From Hypanus sabinus (lineage: Eukaryota), in NCBI RefSeq assembly GCF_030144855.1, contig NC_082731.1:20956001-21020000 (forward strand): 64,000 nt of DNA, in the 5' to 3' direction. The position numbers and the translations under genes are program-made. The stretch's first letter is position 1. Every line of letters starts with the position of its first letter. Below, piece after piece: positions 24,020-37,421 of this stretch. Under the pieces are notes generated by a model. It saw only the letters and a list, made by a program, of their open reading frames with translations, searched no databases and had not been told where the DNA came from.

Positions 24020-25210
24020 TCATCTTTGTCAAATGTCTCTAAATTTGGCACATAATGAACTATTTCTTCATTGCTTTAAGATTTTCTCAGCATTCCATCG
24101 CTAATGGATATATTGCAGAAACGTCTGGGAATAACTACAATCAGTTGTGTCAACCCTTTATCGTGTACTAGGAGCCGATCATTTTACAGATAATGTTGGA
24201 TTCACTAGATCAGTTTAGGGATGCCTTTCATCTCAGCCATCAGCATTGTTCAGCTTTAATCAACAAGTCCAAATCCTGGTTCTCAGATCCTCCTCCTGCA
24301 ATTGGATTCGATCTCATAAATGGGACTCGCCCTGGTAAACCATCTGGAAAGAACATCTCATCGTCGCTGACGATCAATAGTGCCGCAATTCAATCATACC
24401 TTCTCGACCCTTATAGCAAACACGATTCTGACGCTTCGCGGATTTGTAATATCTACGTTAAATTTGACGGCAAAATATATATAGATTGCATAATTTCAGA
24501 TAGCGACGAAGAGGCGTACGGCAGCTATAGAGATCAGCTGCTTATGTGCTGTCTTAGAAAAATCAAAATTAATTTTATACTTCAGGAATTGAAGGTGATA
24601 GAACACATACCAATCTTTATCGAGGAATCAGAACTGGAAAGGAGAAGCTGTTTGGAATGCGTGCCTGTCAACATCTCTCTGGATTTATACTTGGCACAAT
24701 TACAAAGAAGGCATTACAGCTGCTAAATGTCTCAGGATGCTCGAGAATTGGTCCTCCATCAAATATACGCAGTAATTTCTAGAGATATTTGTGGGCCATT
24801 ATAACTGGTTGCATCTGTGTCTGATATGATAGGGAACTGTATTGGAACAAAGTAAAACAAACAATATAACCGCAGAATATTTTAAGCTCAGCCAGCTTCA
24901 AAATTGCCAGAATACTCAGAAGAATCCAGGATACCTGTAGTAGGCGGTACTTCGAATAAAGGAGTCATAGAGTACTCCTCCCCAGTTACCTTCACCGAGG
25001 ACTGCCTTCGCAATTAACTTTCAGGAATCTGCCGTCAGAATTCCGATAGACAATCAGCCCAAAACACTACCTTAATACCTCTTCACGCACATTTTGCACA
25101 GCTATTTTAATTATTTGTTAAATATATACTTCTTGTGGCAATGCATCATAATTGTTATGCATTGCAATGCATTGCTAACTCAAAAGAACAAATTGCACTT
25201 CAGAATCTGA
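24020..25210 (+). mobile_element. Decayed Rex1/Babar-type LINE (paralogue of 4400-5580)
   Basis: ORF 24193-24726: GKNISSSLTIN, ISDSDEEAYGSYRDQL, EHIPIFIEESELER, VNISLDLYLAQ align to Rex1/Babar RT. Confidence 0.75.
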
Positions 25211-27540
25211 AGGAGACATGTGAGATATGTGCGTAATTTCATTATAAATTTAGTTTAAGTTTCAGTTCAACTGTTTCCCTCCGACAAATTTTGGGGCCGA
25301 ATCCAGAAAACTAATTGCATCAGGATTAATTATTTTTACACTGTGGTCACACAGACCATTTCCTGGAACTGTTTTATGCTGGTGCATTCCTGCACAACTT
25401 ATGTCACGCTATTTTTGTTGCCATTGTTTAAGTTGAAGCAAGATTGAAAACTGATTAATTGCAATCTTGCCTAATTATGTAGTGGGAATGGATGAGTGAA
25501 ACTCCCTTTCGTGTCTATAATTTGCATTATCTGCTATTCCAAAATATGCAAAAGCGAGTATGTGATTAGTGGATTTAGAAGGATCACCTCATAGACACTG
25601 GAAAAGCAATCCGCGAGTATATGAAAATTATGAGCTGAAGAAGATCAGCCGTTTCTGATCACTACTTGGTGGGATCACGATGGGCTATCTATTTTGAACT
25701 GATAGTGAAAATCTGCCATGAACCAACAATTGAAATTATTTGGAGCACATGATTCTGCTAGTTATCTGGCTTTGAATCCACTATCTGTTAAATGCAGTAT
25801 GTTTCAGGGGAAGCCTGGAACTTTTAATAAATTAAATTCTTGTCTAGATTTGTAGAAAGCATATTGGTGTACGAAAAGCTACTTTATGGGTTTCTTTTTG
25901 CTTCCAATTTAGCGGTGAGAGTAATGCACTGATGGAAAAGAAATGCAAAAAAAATGCACGCTCTCTTTCAGCTTCCTTAGTTCTGCATCGTGGAACAATT
26001 GCATGTAGCCACGTCAGATATTAGCTGAATAGCAATGCTCAGACGAGGTTTAAACTTAAGTGACGTCTGAGCGCAACTGCCACAACGTTGAATCCTGCAC
26101 TGTTTGGTGACCATATTTGGGGAGTGAATTACAAAAGCCTTCTCAGTGATGACTGGATTGGAAGAGGAGACCTCGATCGAACGGAAGAATGTGACAAACA
26201 TCATCAGATTAACTGAGTCATGCAAAGTGATCTGAAGTGATAAGAATTTAACAGATTTCTTTAGCAGTCTGTCCAGATAATGAACTGTATTTATTTCGCT
26301 CAATGAGAAAAGTCTAGGTCTTTAAAATGTATTTTTAGGATTGAAATGATACATTTTCATATTTTCCTGTGACTAACTTCCCAGTAACCAAAAACAGAAA
26401 ATACAACATTCCAGTAGAAAGTACTTAAATCATGATAAAAGCAGCTTATTATATTTTTACGAAATTCAACAAAATGGAATGTACAGACAGTGGGGCATTT
26501 TGCCAGTTAAAGATGTATTGTCTTATTCATCGATCGGTGTCGCACAGTGTCTTCGACTCGTAACTTAAAATTATCAATTGAACGACAGAATACAGATGCG
26601 ACTATTTTAGGACAAATGAGATGACGAATTACTAAATCTGAATATGCACTCAACGTTCAAGTGAGAAATTAATAACAATTATCGTGCATATTCAGTACGC
26701 AGATTTTGGTGCAGAAGCGCTGTAAGTTCACTTAAAATGTTCAGTAGTCATGATAGGTTAGAAAGTGTATATTAATTTATTTAGAGTCTCTTACTGTGAG
26801 TACAATGCTCCAAATAATCAAGACGCATGGTGTCAACACTGCTCAAAATTAAGTGACCTATTTTCAGAGAGGAAACGGCATTCAGATTGCCAATTGTACA
26901 GTGCTTTGGCGTGTAATAGTAGTCAATCGAAATATCATGAGAACTTTAACTTAGTTGCATGTGCACGAATGAAAACTGTCGGTAAACGCAATTAAGCTTG
27001 ACTCAGATCACCGCTGGTTGCAAATACACAGCGTTTATTTATGTCGGAAACAATCTGACGCTGGTCTTTAAATAGGTAAGCCTCTCGCGAAAATAAACGA
27101 GATTCAACACAACAATCCAGCAAAGTGAGATTGATTCCTTGACTGAAATCAAAGGTCGCATGATTGTTTCTGTGTGATTTCACTAAACGATAGCTTCTTC
27201 ACATTTTGAAGTATAATGTTGATTGAATATGTGCGATTCTTATGGCAAAGTTTTGCCCCTTTCTATATTAAAAGTCCCTTTAAAAGGATTCATGTATCTG
27301 GAATGATCATTATGTCACCTCCCGATGTGAAATGGTGAATATTCAGATAAATTAAGTAACACATAGGGATCACTGAAAATGAAGTGGCTTTGAAGAAAGT
27401 TACAGCCATCGAAGAACAAAAACATCCATTGCAAATGCCAAGTGGATAAGTCACTGTTGATACATGTCGCTGTGACATCATAGGAAAGCATGGGACTTAA
27501 CCTTTAGAATTCATTTCGCATTCACATTAACCTTGATTTG

Positions 27541-27556
27541 TTCGCCCTCTATCGAG
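27541..27556 (-). promoter_or_regulatory. RSS-distal CTCF-like motif of V2
   Basis: Minus strand CTCGATAGAGGGCGAA; identical in V3 and V4; 23 bp beyond the nonamer. Confidence 0.55.
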
Positions 27557-27579
27557 CTCTCGAAGAAACTGTGAAAGTG

Positions 27580-27617
27580 GGTTTTTGTTCGAGATAGTTG
27601 AGTTTTTTAACACTGTG
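27580..27617 (-). other. V2 RSS (CACAGTG-22-ACAAAAACC, consensus)
   Basis: Heptamer 27611-27617, nonamer 27580-27588. Confidence 0.95.
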
Positions 27618-28095
27618 TGCTCATCGCGCAGAGGTACGTGGCTGAGTCAGAGATCAAGGCGTTCCTAATCGAGAGTTCGGAATATTTTTTACTGTTATCA
27701 TAGGAAGCAGATAATCGGTCGGTTACATCTTCATTTCGGTTTACTATCGTTCCGATGATGCGAATCAAATATTGTGGTCGCTGTCTGGGGAGCTGCCTGT
27801 ACCAGAAAACTCTCGGGGATGCATCATTTGTTTTTAAAGTACAGTTTAGCGTTACATTCCTTCCTTCTTCGACTGCCACTGCATCCAATGACTGTTCTAC
27901 GGAGTCTTGAAGGCTCCAATCTGACAGTAAAATTAAAAACAAAATTTTATACGATCTACTTCGAACAACATGCTTACGTAAATATAAAATAAAAGGTGTT
28001 TACAGAGAATTAGGCCGGTCTGGAATATTACAGTGAAGGAACATCTTACCCAGAAGAAACACAACAATGAGGAGCGGCGTGAGACAGTTCTTCAT
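27618..28095 (-). CDS. TCR alpha/delta-type V gene V2, intact (spliced 28050-28095 + 27618-27920)
   Basis: MKNCLTPLLIVVFLL-D-WSLQDSVEQSLDAVAVEEGRNVTLNCTLKTNDASPRVFWYRQLPRQRPQYLIRIIGTIVNRNEDVTDRLSASYDNSKKYSELSIRNALISDSATYLCAMS; canonical Cys, WYRQ, YxC; GT-AG 129-nt intron; RSS. The YLCAMS end is TRAV-like, but alpha vs delta cannot be settled from the window. Confidence 0.95.
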
Positions 28096-28708
28096 AATCA
28101 CCCTGTTTGACTCTGAACTCCCGTGACGACAGAGTGGAGACTCATTGCCAGAGGATAAATACACATACCCTTGAACAAACCGACCAATCGCATCAGGCAA
28201 CGCAGGTGCTGAATCTCTAAAGACATAATAGGTCAAGGCATTCAGACGTACTACTGGAAATGAAATTTTGCAAGCCCGGTTGTGGAAGTGCACAAAAGAG
28301 GAGTCAAGCACTTTATGATCTGATATTTAACAACGCAGCGCCACGCATAGGCGAAGGAATGCGGGGCAACCGGCATTCTCGTGGCGAACACTGTCAATAA
28401 ATTCCGCTTGCTCATCAAGGCAGAGTAAACAAGAGTGTAACGAACTGTGGATAGAGCAACAGATGCAATAACAGTCTTTACTGATGTTCACTTCTGGCAG
28501 AATTTAGAGTCGGCAGAATTGATCTGAAAAGCAGCATTGAGCACGCTGCTTCGATGTGTTAACATGCAAGCGATGAAAGTAGCTTTTCTCTGAATAATGT
28601 ACCAATTAATTAGGTGTATGGAAGTAGTGATTTTTACTGTATAGCGTGCTGTTACGTGAGGGAAACACTGAGTTCATGTTACATCACCTGGAGCAAAGAA
28701 AATATATT

Positions 28709-28724
28709 TCACCAGATGGCAGCA
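28709..28724 (+). promoter_or_regulatory. Upstream CTCF-like motif of V2
   Basis: TCACCAGATGGCAGCA, 614 bp upstream of the ATG. Confidence 0.6.
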
Positions 28725-31700
28725 AAAATTATGTAATTCCTTCACTTGGATTCTTCATTCTTCGATTTCCGCAAGTTCCCTCGTCAGCTGTGTGTTCCTA
28801 AAGTTTCCGTCTTTTATCATTGCCATGTGAAATGAAAATAATCAGTTTACATAAGTAACTGCAGACAACCAGTAGTCTAGCTTTTGATGCAGCGCTTTTC
28901 TTTCGTAAATTTGTGCCGAAAACTCTCGATGATCAAGCTGATTAATATCAAGGAACGATGCATATACGTAAATAGTAATGGCCCGATATGGAACAATGCC
29001 TCCTTTCCAGAATGTTGAGATTAATAAGCACATTTGTCGCCATTTTTCTGAGTTAGAGACCAGAGTAAGGATTTCTTTGCGATTTTTCAGCGGGATATGT
29101 TGTAGTACCAACCGAGAGGACGTTTTCCGCTTGATTTGATTAATGACTCACCAGTCGCAGAGATCAAAAAGCAAGTGTCGCAATTTGGTATATTGGAATG
29201 CGAGGACTTTGTCTTGGATTGCTGGGTGTGTCGCTCTTTATCGGCAAGAGTAAAGAGATTTTTAATTATCACAAAACCTCGATGTATCGGAAGTAAACAA
29301 ATTACCCATTAAGAGAGGAGTGGTGGAGAAATGCAAATCTGCTGTATTGAACACAATCCTCGATTGTATGACAATGAAGTAACATCTAAACGGATGGTGC
29401 TTTCAACTTGTGACGTTCTCGAAATAAAGGACTTGGAAAGTGCGTTCTAACTCGCCGTGTTTTACAATAACTCATATGTCATCATACTCTGATTCAGAAA
29501 CTATTTACTTTAAATTAGAAGAATTTTTCGAATGAAGGCTGATCATATACAGTGCATATGATTTGAGAAATTAACAGTCTTCGAAGTAAACGTGGTCAAT
29601 CTGTTTTTGTAAAGTGACAAAAGGTATCTTGTGCAGGCGGTTCTTTATGATGAATTCTACTAATTCTCTGTGTGTCTCTTTCCACATCTTCAAATAGGAT
29701 CGTGTACAAGGGCACTGCATGGCTTTGTTCAATACAACACTTTCAAAGTTACATACCTTGTTCTGAATTTCACAAATGAAAGACAACTTGAAACAGACAT
29801 CCATCATCTGTGCAGTGCCAAGAAGACTTCATGCTATTCGTCATATCACTGACATTCTGTTCCAAATTATTACGACCCAGTGTAATATGCGGAAAAAGTG
29901 ACCACAGTGCAAGGGAGACCCAAGTATTAATAATAAATGTTAGGGAACTCTTCAGAATAAGGAGAGGATTAACTAATAATCGAAATTTAATCTAATATCA
30001 TCAGACTTTTTGACAATATTTTCACAGCAATATTTATTGCTTTCGCTTTTACCATTACGCCAGTGGACAATGTTTGTGCAACTTTAATTCACAGGGTTCA
30101 TACGTCGTTTCAAATAGGGAATTAATTCAGGCAGATCTGGAAAATGAAAAATAAAGAATTTATACAGTAAGTACCTATGAGCCTCGTGACTTTTTGCTTT
30201 GACGAAGCATTCTATTCCAAGAAGTTACAAAGACAGGAAAACATGTTTAATATGTTGGTAAAATAAAGAACGTTATTAAGAGCTCATCTATTATTAGCTA
30301 TGCAAACAAACAAGCGGGAAAAGAAAGAAAAAAAAATTCTATCAGGAAATGAGAGCGTCCCAAATGAATGAAGGTCTCATAGTGAATTCAACTCAAGCCA
30401 GAAGTGAATAATTGTCCTCAATTTAGAATGAATTGCTTATTTTTATCCAATTGCTCCCAGGTTACATTTCTTCTTCTGCTGTGTGTTTTTTTTAAATTTT
30501 AATTGCAATATCTATCAATCACATGAAAATATCTTCCATTTGAATCTGAGTTAACTGTTAAGACAACCATACGTATTTGGTCAACCAAGCAGAGCTGGCT
30601 CCTTTTTCTCTGGAAGTGGAAAACGGAGCTTCTTTGAATTATAAACTGCGGCCACCATTTTATGCTTTTATACTCAAAAGCTACCTCAACGCTTGAATAA
30701 ATGAGACAAAAATACATAATTATCATATAATTAATAAATAGTCAACACTCTTACAGAATAAGTAACATGAAATAGATAAATATATAAACACATAAAAGTA
30801 TGGTAGGTAAATAAATAAATAAAGTTATTTCTAAATGTAAATAAATTATGCTACAAGCAAGCAAATAGATAGTTCTGGAGATAAAGAGAAAAGGATACAT
30901 AACCAATCAGTTAAAAACAATGTAATGGCGTTTAAAATGATTCAGCAGATACAACGTCTCATGATGACACTGCAGAAATGAGTCAACTACTATGGGAGAG
31001 TATGATTATTCAGGAACATTCCAAAACGATTGTTAACTCGACAGTTACCCTCGCTTCTAGTCAGACAACCTTTGCCTTTCGAATGCCTTTACCCTCTGGG
31101 ACATCACATTCATTTTGAGTATTAACGTGGATACGGCATTTTGTATTCCATTACTGAAACGTTCAACATAATCCTTCAGAATATATGTTCTCATAGCATC
31201 TCTCTGTTCATGTTATGAAATTGATGCTCAACATTAAAGACGAGCAAAAATATCGACTGCTAAATGAATAAAAGGAAATTTGTAATCAAAATGCCGCGGC
31301 AAACTCTGCTGGTTCCTGCTGTTGACGGATTTACAACGGCTCAGTTGCAGTGTCGCTATGTACAAAGCAAGAATCGGATAACTACGGTGTAATCCATTTC
31401 TGCTTCTGAACACCCTTACCCTCCTGCACGTTCACTGTGAACAGTAGGTAGAAATTAATTTGAATACGTCAAAATAAAGGATGTATATTCGGATATGTTG
31501 TTACGGTATCTTTTTGTCACCTTTTCATGTGAGAAGTATAAATTAATCGGTGCAATAATGACGGAGATCCCGAGATGCATTGTAATCAGTTTAATGGGTT
31601 CTGCAAAAATACAAATAGCGTGTGCGTTTAGTTGAATTTACCTGTCATCCTTTACCGTTTAGTAAATTGTTTAAGAATCGAAATTCTTCCCGACGTCGCA

Positions 31701-32082
31701 CCTAATACTTGATTTGTAGAGCAGGCCGATTTTTATTTATGTACTTATTTTAGTTTGTTTGATTACTTATTTATTTCATGAGATACAGAGAGGAATTTGC
31801 CCTTTCTGCACTTCGAGGCAGGCAGCCCGGCAATTATCCGATAAAATCCGAGCCTAATTACGTTTTAGATTACAATAGCCAGTCAGCCTACCAAAGACGA
31901 CCAAACGTTGGGCCGTTGAAAGAACAAAGAGTAAACGACGTAAATCCCAGGTTGTCGGCGGAGAAAATGCAAACCCTTTACAAGCAGTAGTGCGGATTGA
32001 ATAAGTGGTATAATACAGTAGAACGTTGTACTGACCGATATGCTTCTGTGCGGTTGCTTGACCTCTCTTTCTTTTTATGAAG

Positions 32083-32997
32083 TGTTACCTACCCCTTTGG
32101 TATCTTCTGACTGTGTTATAACCATGATATTATTGAGAATCTGGTGAGCATAATTTAATCCTCTTGTGATGGTGGGGTGATGTAATTTCCATCCACTGTG
32201 AGGTAACATGATGTAATTTTCCCACCAGTCAGTGGTCATGTGATGGCCTGTTACAACAAGTATAAAATGGGAAAGCCTTGCTGTGAAGCAGGAGATTTTT
32301 TTTTGTTTGGTACGTCGTTTAATTTACACTATTATGATGCGTATTCGTCACTTGACGCACTTTTGTTGTAAACTGGAGTTGTACTATCTATCTTAAGTCT
32401 CAATGTTTATTGTCGGCAGTTTCGCCACAATGCTGCCAGTTTTAGCCCAGTCGGAGAGTGAAGGTTTTACCGAAGTACGGAAAAGCCAAATGATAGAGAA
32501 AAGTTTGTGTCATCGGCGGTATACAACCCGATCAACCTTCTTCAATCCTCGTTCAAGGAATTAGTAACCTGCAACGGAGATAACCCTTGTCTTATTTAAG
32601 GGCATAAAGGGTTGAGGCAGCATGATTCGTCAAGGATAAACTGTTTTAATGCCTTCGTCATAAATCCTTCGGGCAAGGCATATTTCGGCTGCGATGAGCA
32701 GTAACGTCACGTCGTCGATGAATTCGTTACATCAGTAAACTCTCTCCTAATTGACTGTGTAAATCATTTGGACTTTTGCATTTACCAGTTTTCAGAACCC
32801 TGTTCGCCTTTATCGCTTTAAGAACTGTGTACCCACTTACCGGTGTAGGAAATGTTCGAGTTGTTGTATAGCCATTCCCTTCCAGTTAAGTTAGGCCTTT
32901 GTTTATTTTTATTTGCTGTTGATGTGGTTTATTTAACTCTTTCTTTGATTATAAAAGCACGTCTCAATTCTGTATTTATTGTTGCGGTAACATAACA
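32083..32997 (+). mobile_element. Solo LTR, unit B paralogue
   Basis: tgttacc...gtaacataaca; flanks GAAG/TAAA are drifted versions of the GAAA TSD. Confidence 0.7.
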
Positions 32998-34532
32998 TAA
33001 ATTATGGTTAACTGAAATCTTTCTCATAAGTTTTGCAGTCTTTCCTCATCAATGTCTCTCATATATCTCACTGCTATTTTAATTATTTAGTAAATATATA
33101 TTTAGTAAATATAAATATTATCTAGTAAATAACTCTTGTGGTAATACATCAGAATTGTCATGCATTGCAATACACTGCTGACACAAAAGAACAAGTTGCA
33201 CGTCAGAATCTCAATGAGGCATGTGAGACGTGCGTAATTTCATAATAAATTTATTTTATGTTTGAAGTTTCATCTCAACTGTTTCATCTCAACTTCCTCC
33301 GACAAATTTTGAAGCAGACTCCTTAAAACAAATTCCATCAGGATTATTTATCTTTATACTCTGGACACACAAACCACATCTTGGAACTGCTTTATGCTGG
33401 TGCTTTCCTCCACAAACTAAGTCACACTCTAGCAATCTCTCCACAATTTGTGAGCATTAAAATCGTCATCTGTGTCTGCTCAATGAAAAAAAAATATCAT
33501 CGTATTTTCTTTGCGGTTTTTCTTGTTGTTTAATAACAAGGGAGATTAAGAACTGATGAATTGCAATCTTGCTTGATCATCCAGTGGTTATGGATGAGTG
33601 AAAACCCCTTTAGTGTCTATAATTTGCCTTATCTGCTATTTCAAAATATGCGTTGCCAGCAAAAGCAAGTATGTAATTTGCGGATTTAACACGATAACCT
33701 CATAGACACTGGAGGTGCAATCCGCGAGGATATGAAAAACATGAGCAGAAGAAGACCTGCCATTTCTGATCACTACTTAGTGAGATCACGATGGGCTGTC
33801 TACTTTTAAACTCATAGTGAAAACCTGCCATGAACCAATAATTGAAATTATTCGGTGCTGATGATTCTGCTGGTTATCCGACTCAGACTCCACGATCTGT
33901 TAAATGCAGGAAATATAATTGTGGTTCTCAATAATAGTAACGTACATATATATTCGTGTACATATATATTCGTGGGGAAGTCTGGAACTTTTTGTAAATT
34001 AAATTCTTGTCGAGTTTTGTAGAAAGCATATTAGTGTACGAAAAGCGACTTCATGGGTTTCGTTTTGTTTCCAATTTAGCGGTGAGAGTAATGCACTGAT
34101 GGAAAAGAAATGTAAAAGCATTCATGCCCTCTTTCACCTTCCTTAGTTCTACATCGTGGAGCAATTGCATGTAGCCACGTCAGATATTAACTGAATAACA
34201 ATGTTCAGACGCGGTAAAACATAAGTGATGTATGAGCGCAACGGCTACAACGTTCAATCCTGCACTTTTTGGGGACCATATATTGGGGCGTGAAATACAA
34301 AAACCTTCTCAGTAATGACAGAATTTGAGGAAGAGGCCTCTATCGAATGGAAGAATGTGACAAACATCTGCTTATTATCTGAGCCATGCAAAATGAACTG
34401 AAATGATAATAATTTAATAGATTTATTAACAGTCTGTCGAGATAATCAACTGTATTTATTTCGCACAATGAGAAAAGGCTAGGTTTTTAAATTTTATTGC
34501 TATGATTGGAATGAAAAATTTTATATTTTCTT

Positions 34533-36177
34533 TCCTTCTTTTTCAATCTTTTTATTAGTTTTTATAAAAAAACATAACATAATATTATATTAAATAGGTT
34601 ATGAATACAATAGATTTGAAATTAATTTAGTAACAAGATAACAATATCTTATTAAAGTATCAGCGACAAAAGATCATACAATAATCAATCTAATCTACAT
34701 TGATTATACATGAAAAAGATTAAAAATAATCGTCAAAAGAAAAAAAAAAGTATAAAATACAAGAAAAAATGTATATTTAAGAAAATAATAAAAAAATAAA
34801 CCTAAACTAACATGGGCAGTAATAATAGTTTATATGTATATGATAGTGTCAAAAAACTCCGGAACTCCATATCAGAACAAGAATAATAAGAGTAAAGGTC
34901 TGGAAGAAGCCAAATTAATTCATATGAAAGTGTCGAATGAACGGTCCCCAAGTTTCTTCAAATTTAATTGATGAATCAAAAATAGTACTTCTAATTTTCT
35001 CTAATAGTTTGAGAGAAACGCTAAAATGTGGTAGGAGGATTTACTTCTTTCCAATTTTGTAATATAGATCTCCTGGCCATTAATGTTACAAAGGCAATCA
35101 TTCGTCTAATTGAAGGGGAGAATCGACTATCATCTTCATTTGGTATACCAAAAATTGCAGTGATAAAATGAGGTTGTAAATCAATATTCCAAATTGAGGA
35201 AATAGTAGCAAATATGTCCTTCCAATAATTATGTAAAGTAGGACATGACCAAAACATGTGGGTCAATGAAGCCACATCTAAATGACATCTGTCACATTGA
35301 GGATTAACATGAGAATAAAACCGAGCAAGCTTATCTTTAGACATATGAGCTCTATGTACAACCTTAAATTGTATTAAAGCATGTTTAGCACATATAGAAG
35401 AAGAATTAACCATTTGTAAATTTTTTTCCAATTTTTCCATTCAAATATTGTATTGTTTTTCCCATTCCTGTTTTATTCTACCCGATACCTCTGGTTGTAT
35501 CTTCATAATCATATTATAAATAAGAGCCACTAATCTCTTCTGACAGGGATTTAAAGTAAAAATCATATCTGAAAAATCTATCAAAGTTGAATTAGGAAAG
35601 GATGGTAAAACTTTATACAAAAAATTTCTAATATGTAAATATCTAAAAAAAATTAGATTTAGGTAATTTAAATTTGTTAGAAAGTTGATCAAAAGACATC
35701 AAACTACCTTCAGAAAAAAGATCGCGAAAACATATTATACCTTTCCTTTTCCATATGATAAAAGCTTGATCTATTAAAGAAGGTTTAAAGAAAAAAATAA
35801 GTAAGATAGGGCTATCAAGAACAAAGATTTTTAGAGTAAAAAATTACGAAATTGAAACCAAATTCGTAATGTATGTTTGACAATAGGGTTAGATATCTGT
35901 TTATTAAGTTTATCTAAATCAGCAGGGAGAGAAGAACCAAGAACAGAAAATAGAGAATATCCTTGTGTATCATTACATTCTAAATTTACCCACTGTGGGC
36001 ACAATGGTAAATCTAAATCTAATTTCCAGCAGAATAAATTCCGAATATTATTCGCCCAATAGTAAAATCTAAAATTGGGTAAAGCTAAACCACCATCTTT
36101 TTAGATTTCTGTAACTGTCTTTTACTTAATCTGGGGTTTTTATTTTGCCACACAAATGAGGAAATTTTTGAATCAAT
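34533..36177 (-). mobile_element. 5'-truncated L1 (ORF2 C-terminus + 3' UTR)
   Basis: ORFs 35021-35440 and 35441-35692 align to the C-terminus of the full-length L1 ORF2; the host ttatattttcttgtggct (A 6857-6874) is interrupted. Confidence 0.92.
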
Positions 36178-37382
36178 GCTCTATATAAAAAAAATCTTGT
36201 GGCTACTTTCCGAGTAACCAAAAACAGAAAATACAACTTTCGAGTACAAAGTACTTGAATCAAGATAGAAGGTGCTTATTATATATTTTCAGAAATTCAA
36301 CAAAATGGAATGTACAAACAAAGGGCAATTTGCCAGCTCTAGATATTTTTTTCGTATTCATCGAAAGGTGTCGGACAGTGTCTTCTGATCGTAGCTTAAA
36401 ATTATCAATTGTATGACAGAATACATATTGGACAATTTTAGGACAAATGCGATGACGAGTTAGTAAATCTGATTATGCACATACCGTTCAACTGAGAGAT
36501 TAATAACAATTTTCGTGCATATCCAATAAGTAGAGTTTGGTGGATAAGCGATGTAAGTTCATTCAAAATGTTCTATAGTTTTGATAGGTTAGAACATGTA
36601 TATTTATTTATTTAGAGTCTCTTACTGTGAGTGTTGCAAAAAAAAAAGGTACAATGGTTCAGACAATCAAGACGCATGGTGTCAACTCTGCTCAGAATTA
36701 AGTGACCTAATTTCAGAGAGCAAACGCCGTTCATATTCCCAATTGTACAGTGCTTTGGATTATAGTAGTATTCAATCGAAATGTATTGCGAACTTTATCT
36801 TATTTGTACGTGCAGGAATGTAAACTGTCGACAAACGCAGTGGATTGTTGCTCAGAGCACCGCTAGTTGCAAACCCGCAGCGTTTATTTATATCGTAAAC
36901 AATCCGATGCTGGCGTTTAAATAGGTAAGCCTTTCGCGAAAATAAACGAGATTCAACACAACAATCAAGCACAGTGCGATTGATTCCTTGACTGAAATCA
37001 AAAGCAGCATGATCGTTTCTGAGTGATTTCAATAAAGGATAGCTTCTTTACATTTTGAAATATAATGTTGATTGGATATGTGCGATTCTTATTGCAAACA
37101 CTTTCTATATTAACGGTGCAATTAAAAGGATTCATGCATTCGTACTGATCATTATGTCAGCTTCCCATGTGAAATGGTGAATATTCAGAAAAATTAAGTA
37201 ACACAAAGGAAAAGCTGAAAATGAAGTAGTTTCAATGAAAGTTACAGCCATTGAAGAACAAAGACATCCATTGCAAATGCCAAGAGGATATGTCACTGGT
37301 GATAGAAGTCGCTGTGACATCATATGAAAAGATTGGACACAACCTTTAGAATTCATTTAGCATTTGCATTAACCTTGATTTG

Positions 37383-37398
37383 TTCGCCCTCTATCGAG
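37383..37398 (-). promoter_or_regulatory. RSS-distal CTCF-like motif of V3
   Basis: CTCGATAGAGGGCGAA, 23 bp beyond the nonamer. Confidence 0.55.
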
Positions 37399-37421
37399 CT
37401 CTGGAAGAAACTGTGAAAGTG

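Larger units (their letters stand above)
21205..33060. repeat. Segmental duplication unit B (V2; shortened by deletions)
   Basis: Colinear with A; lacks the A 1250-2904 equivalent (junction 22755/22756) and ends at ~33060, where it matches A ~19530. Confidence 0.85.
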
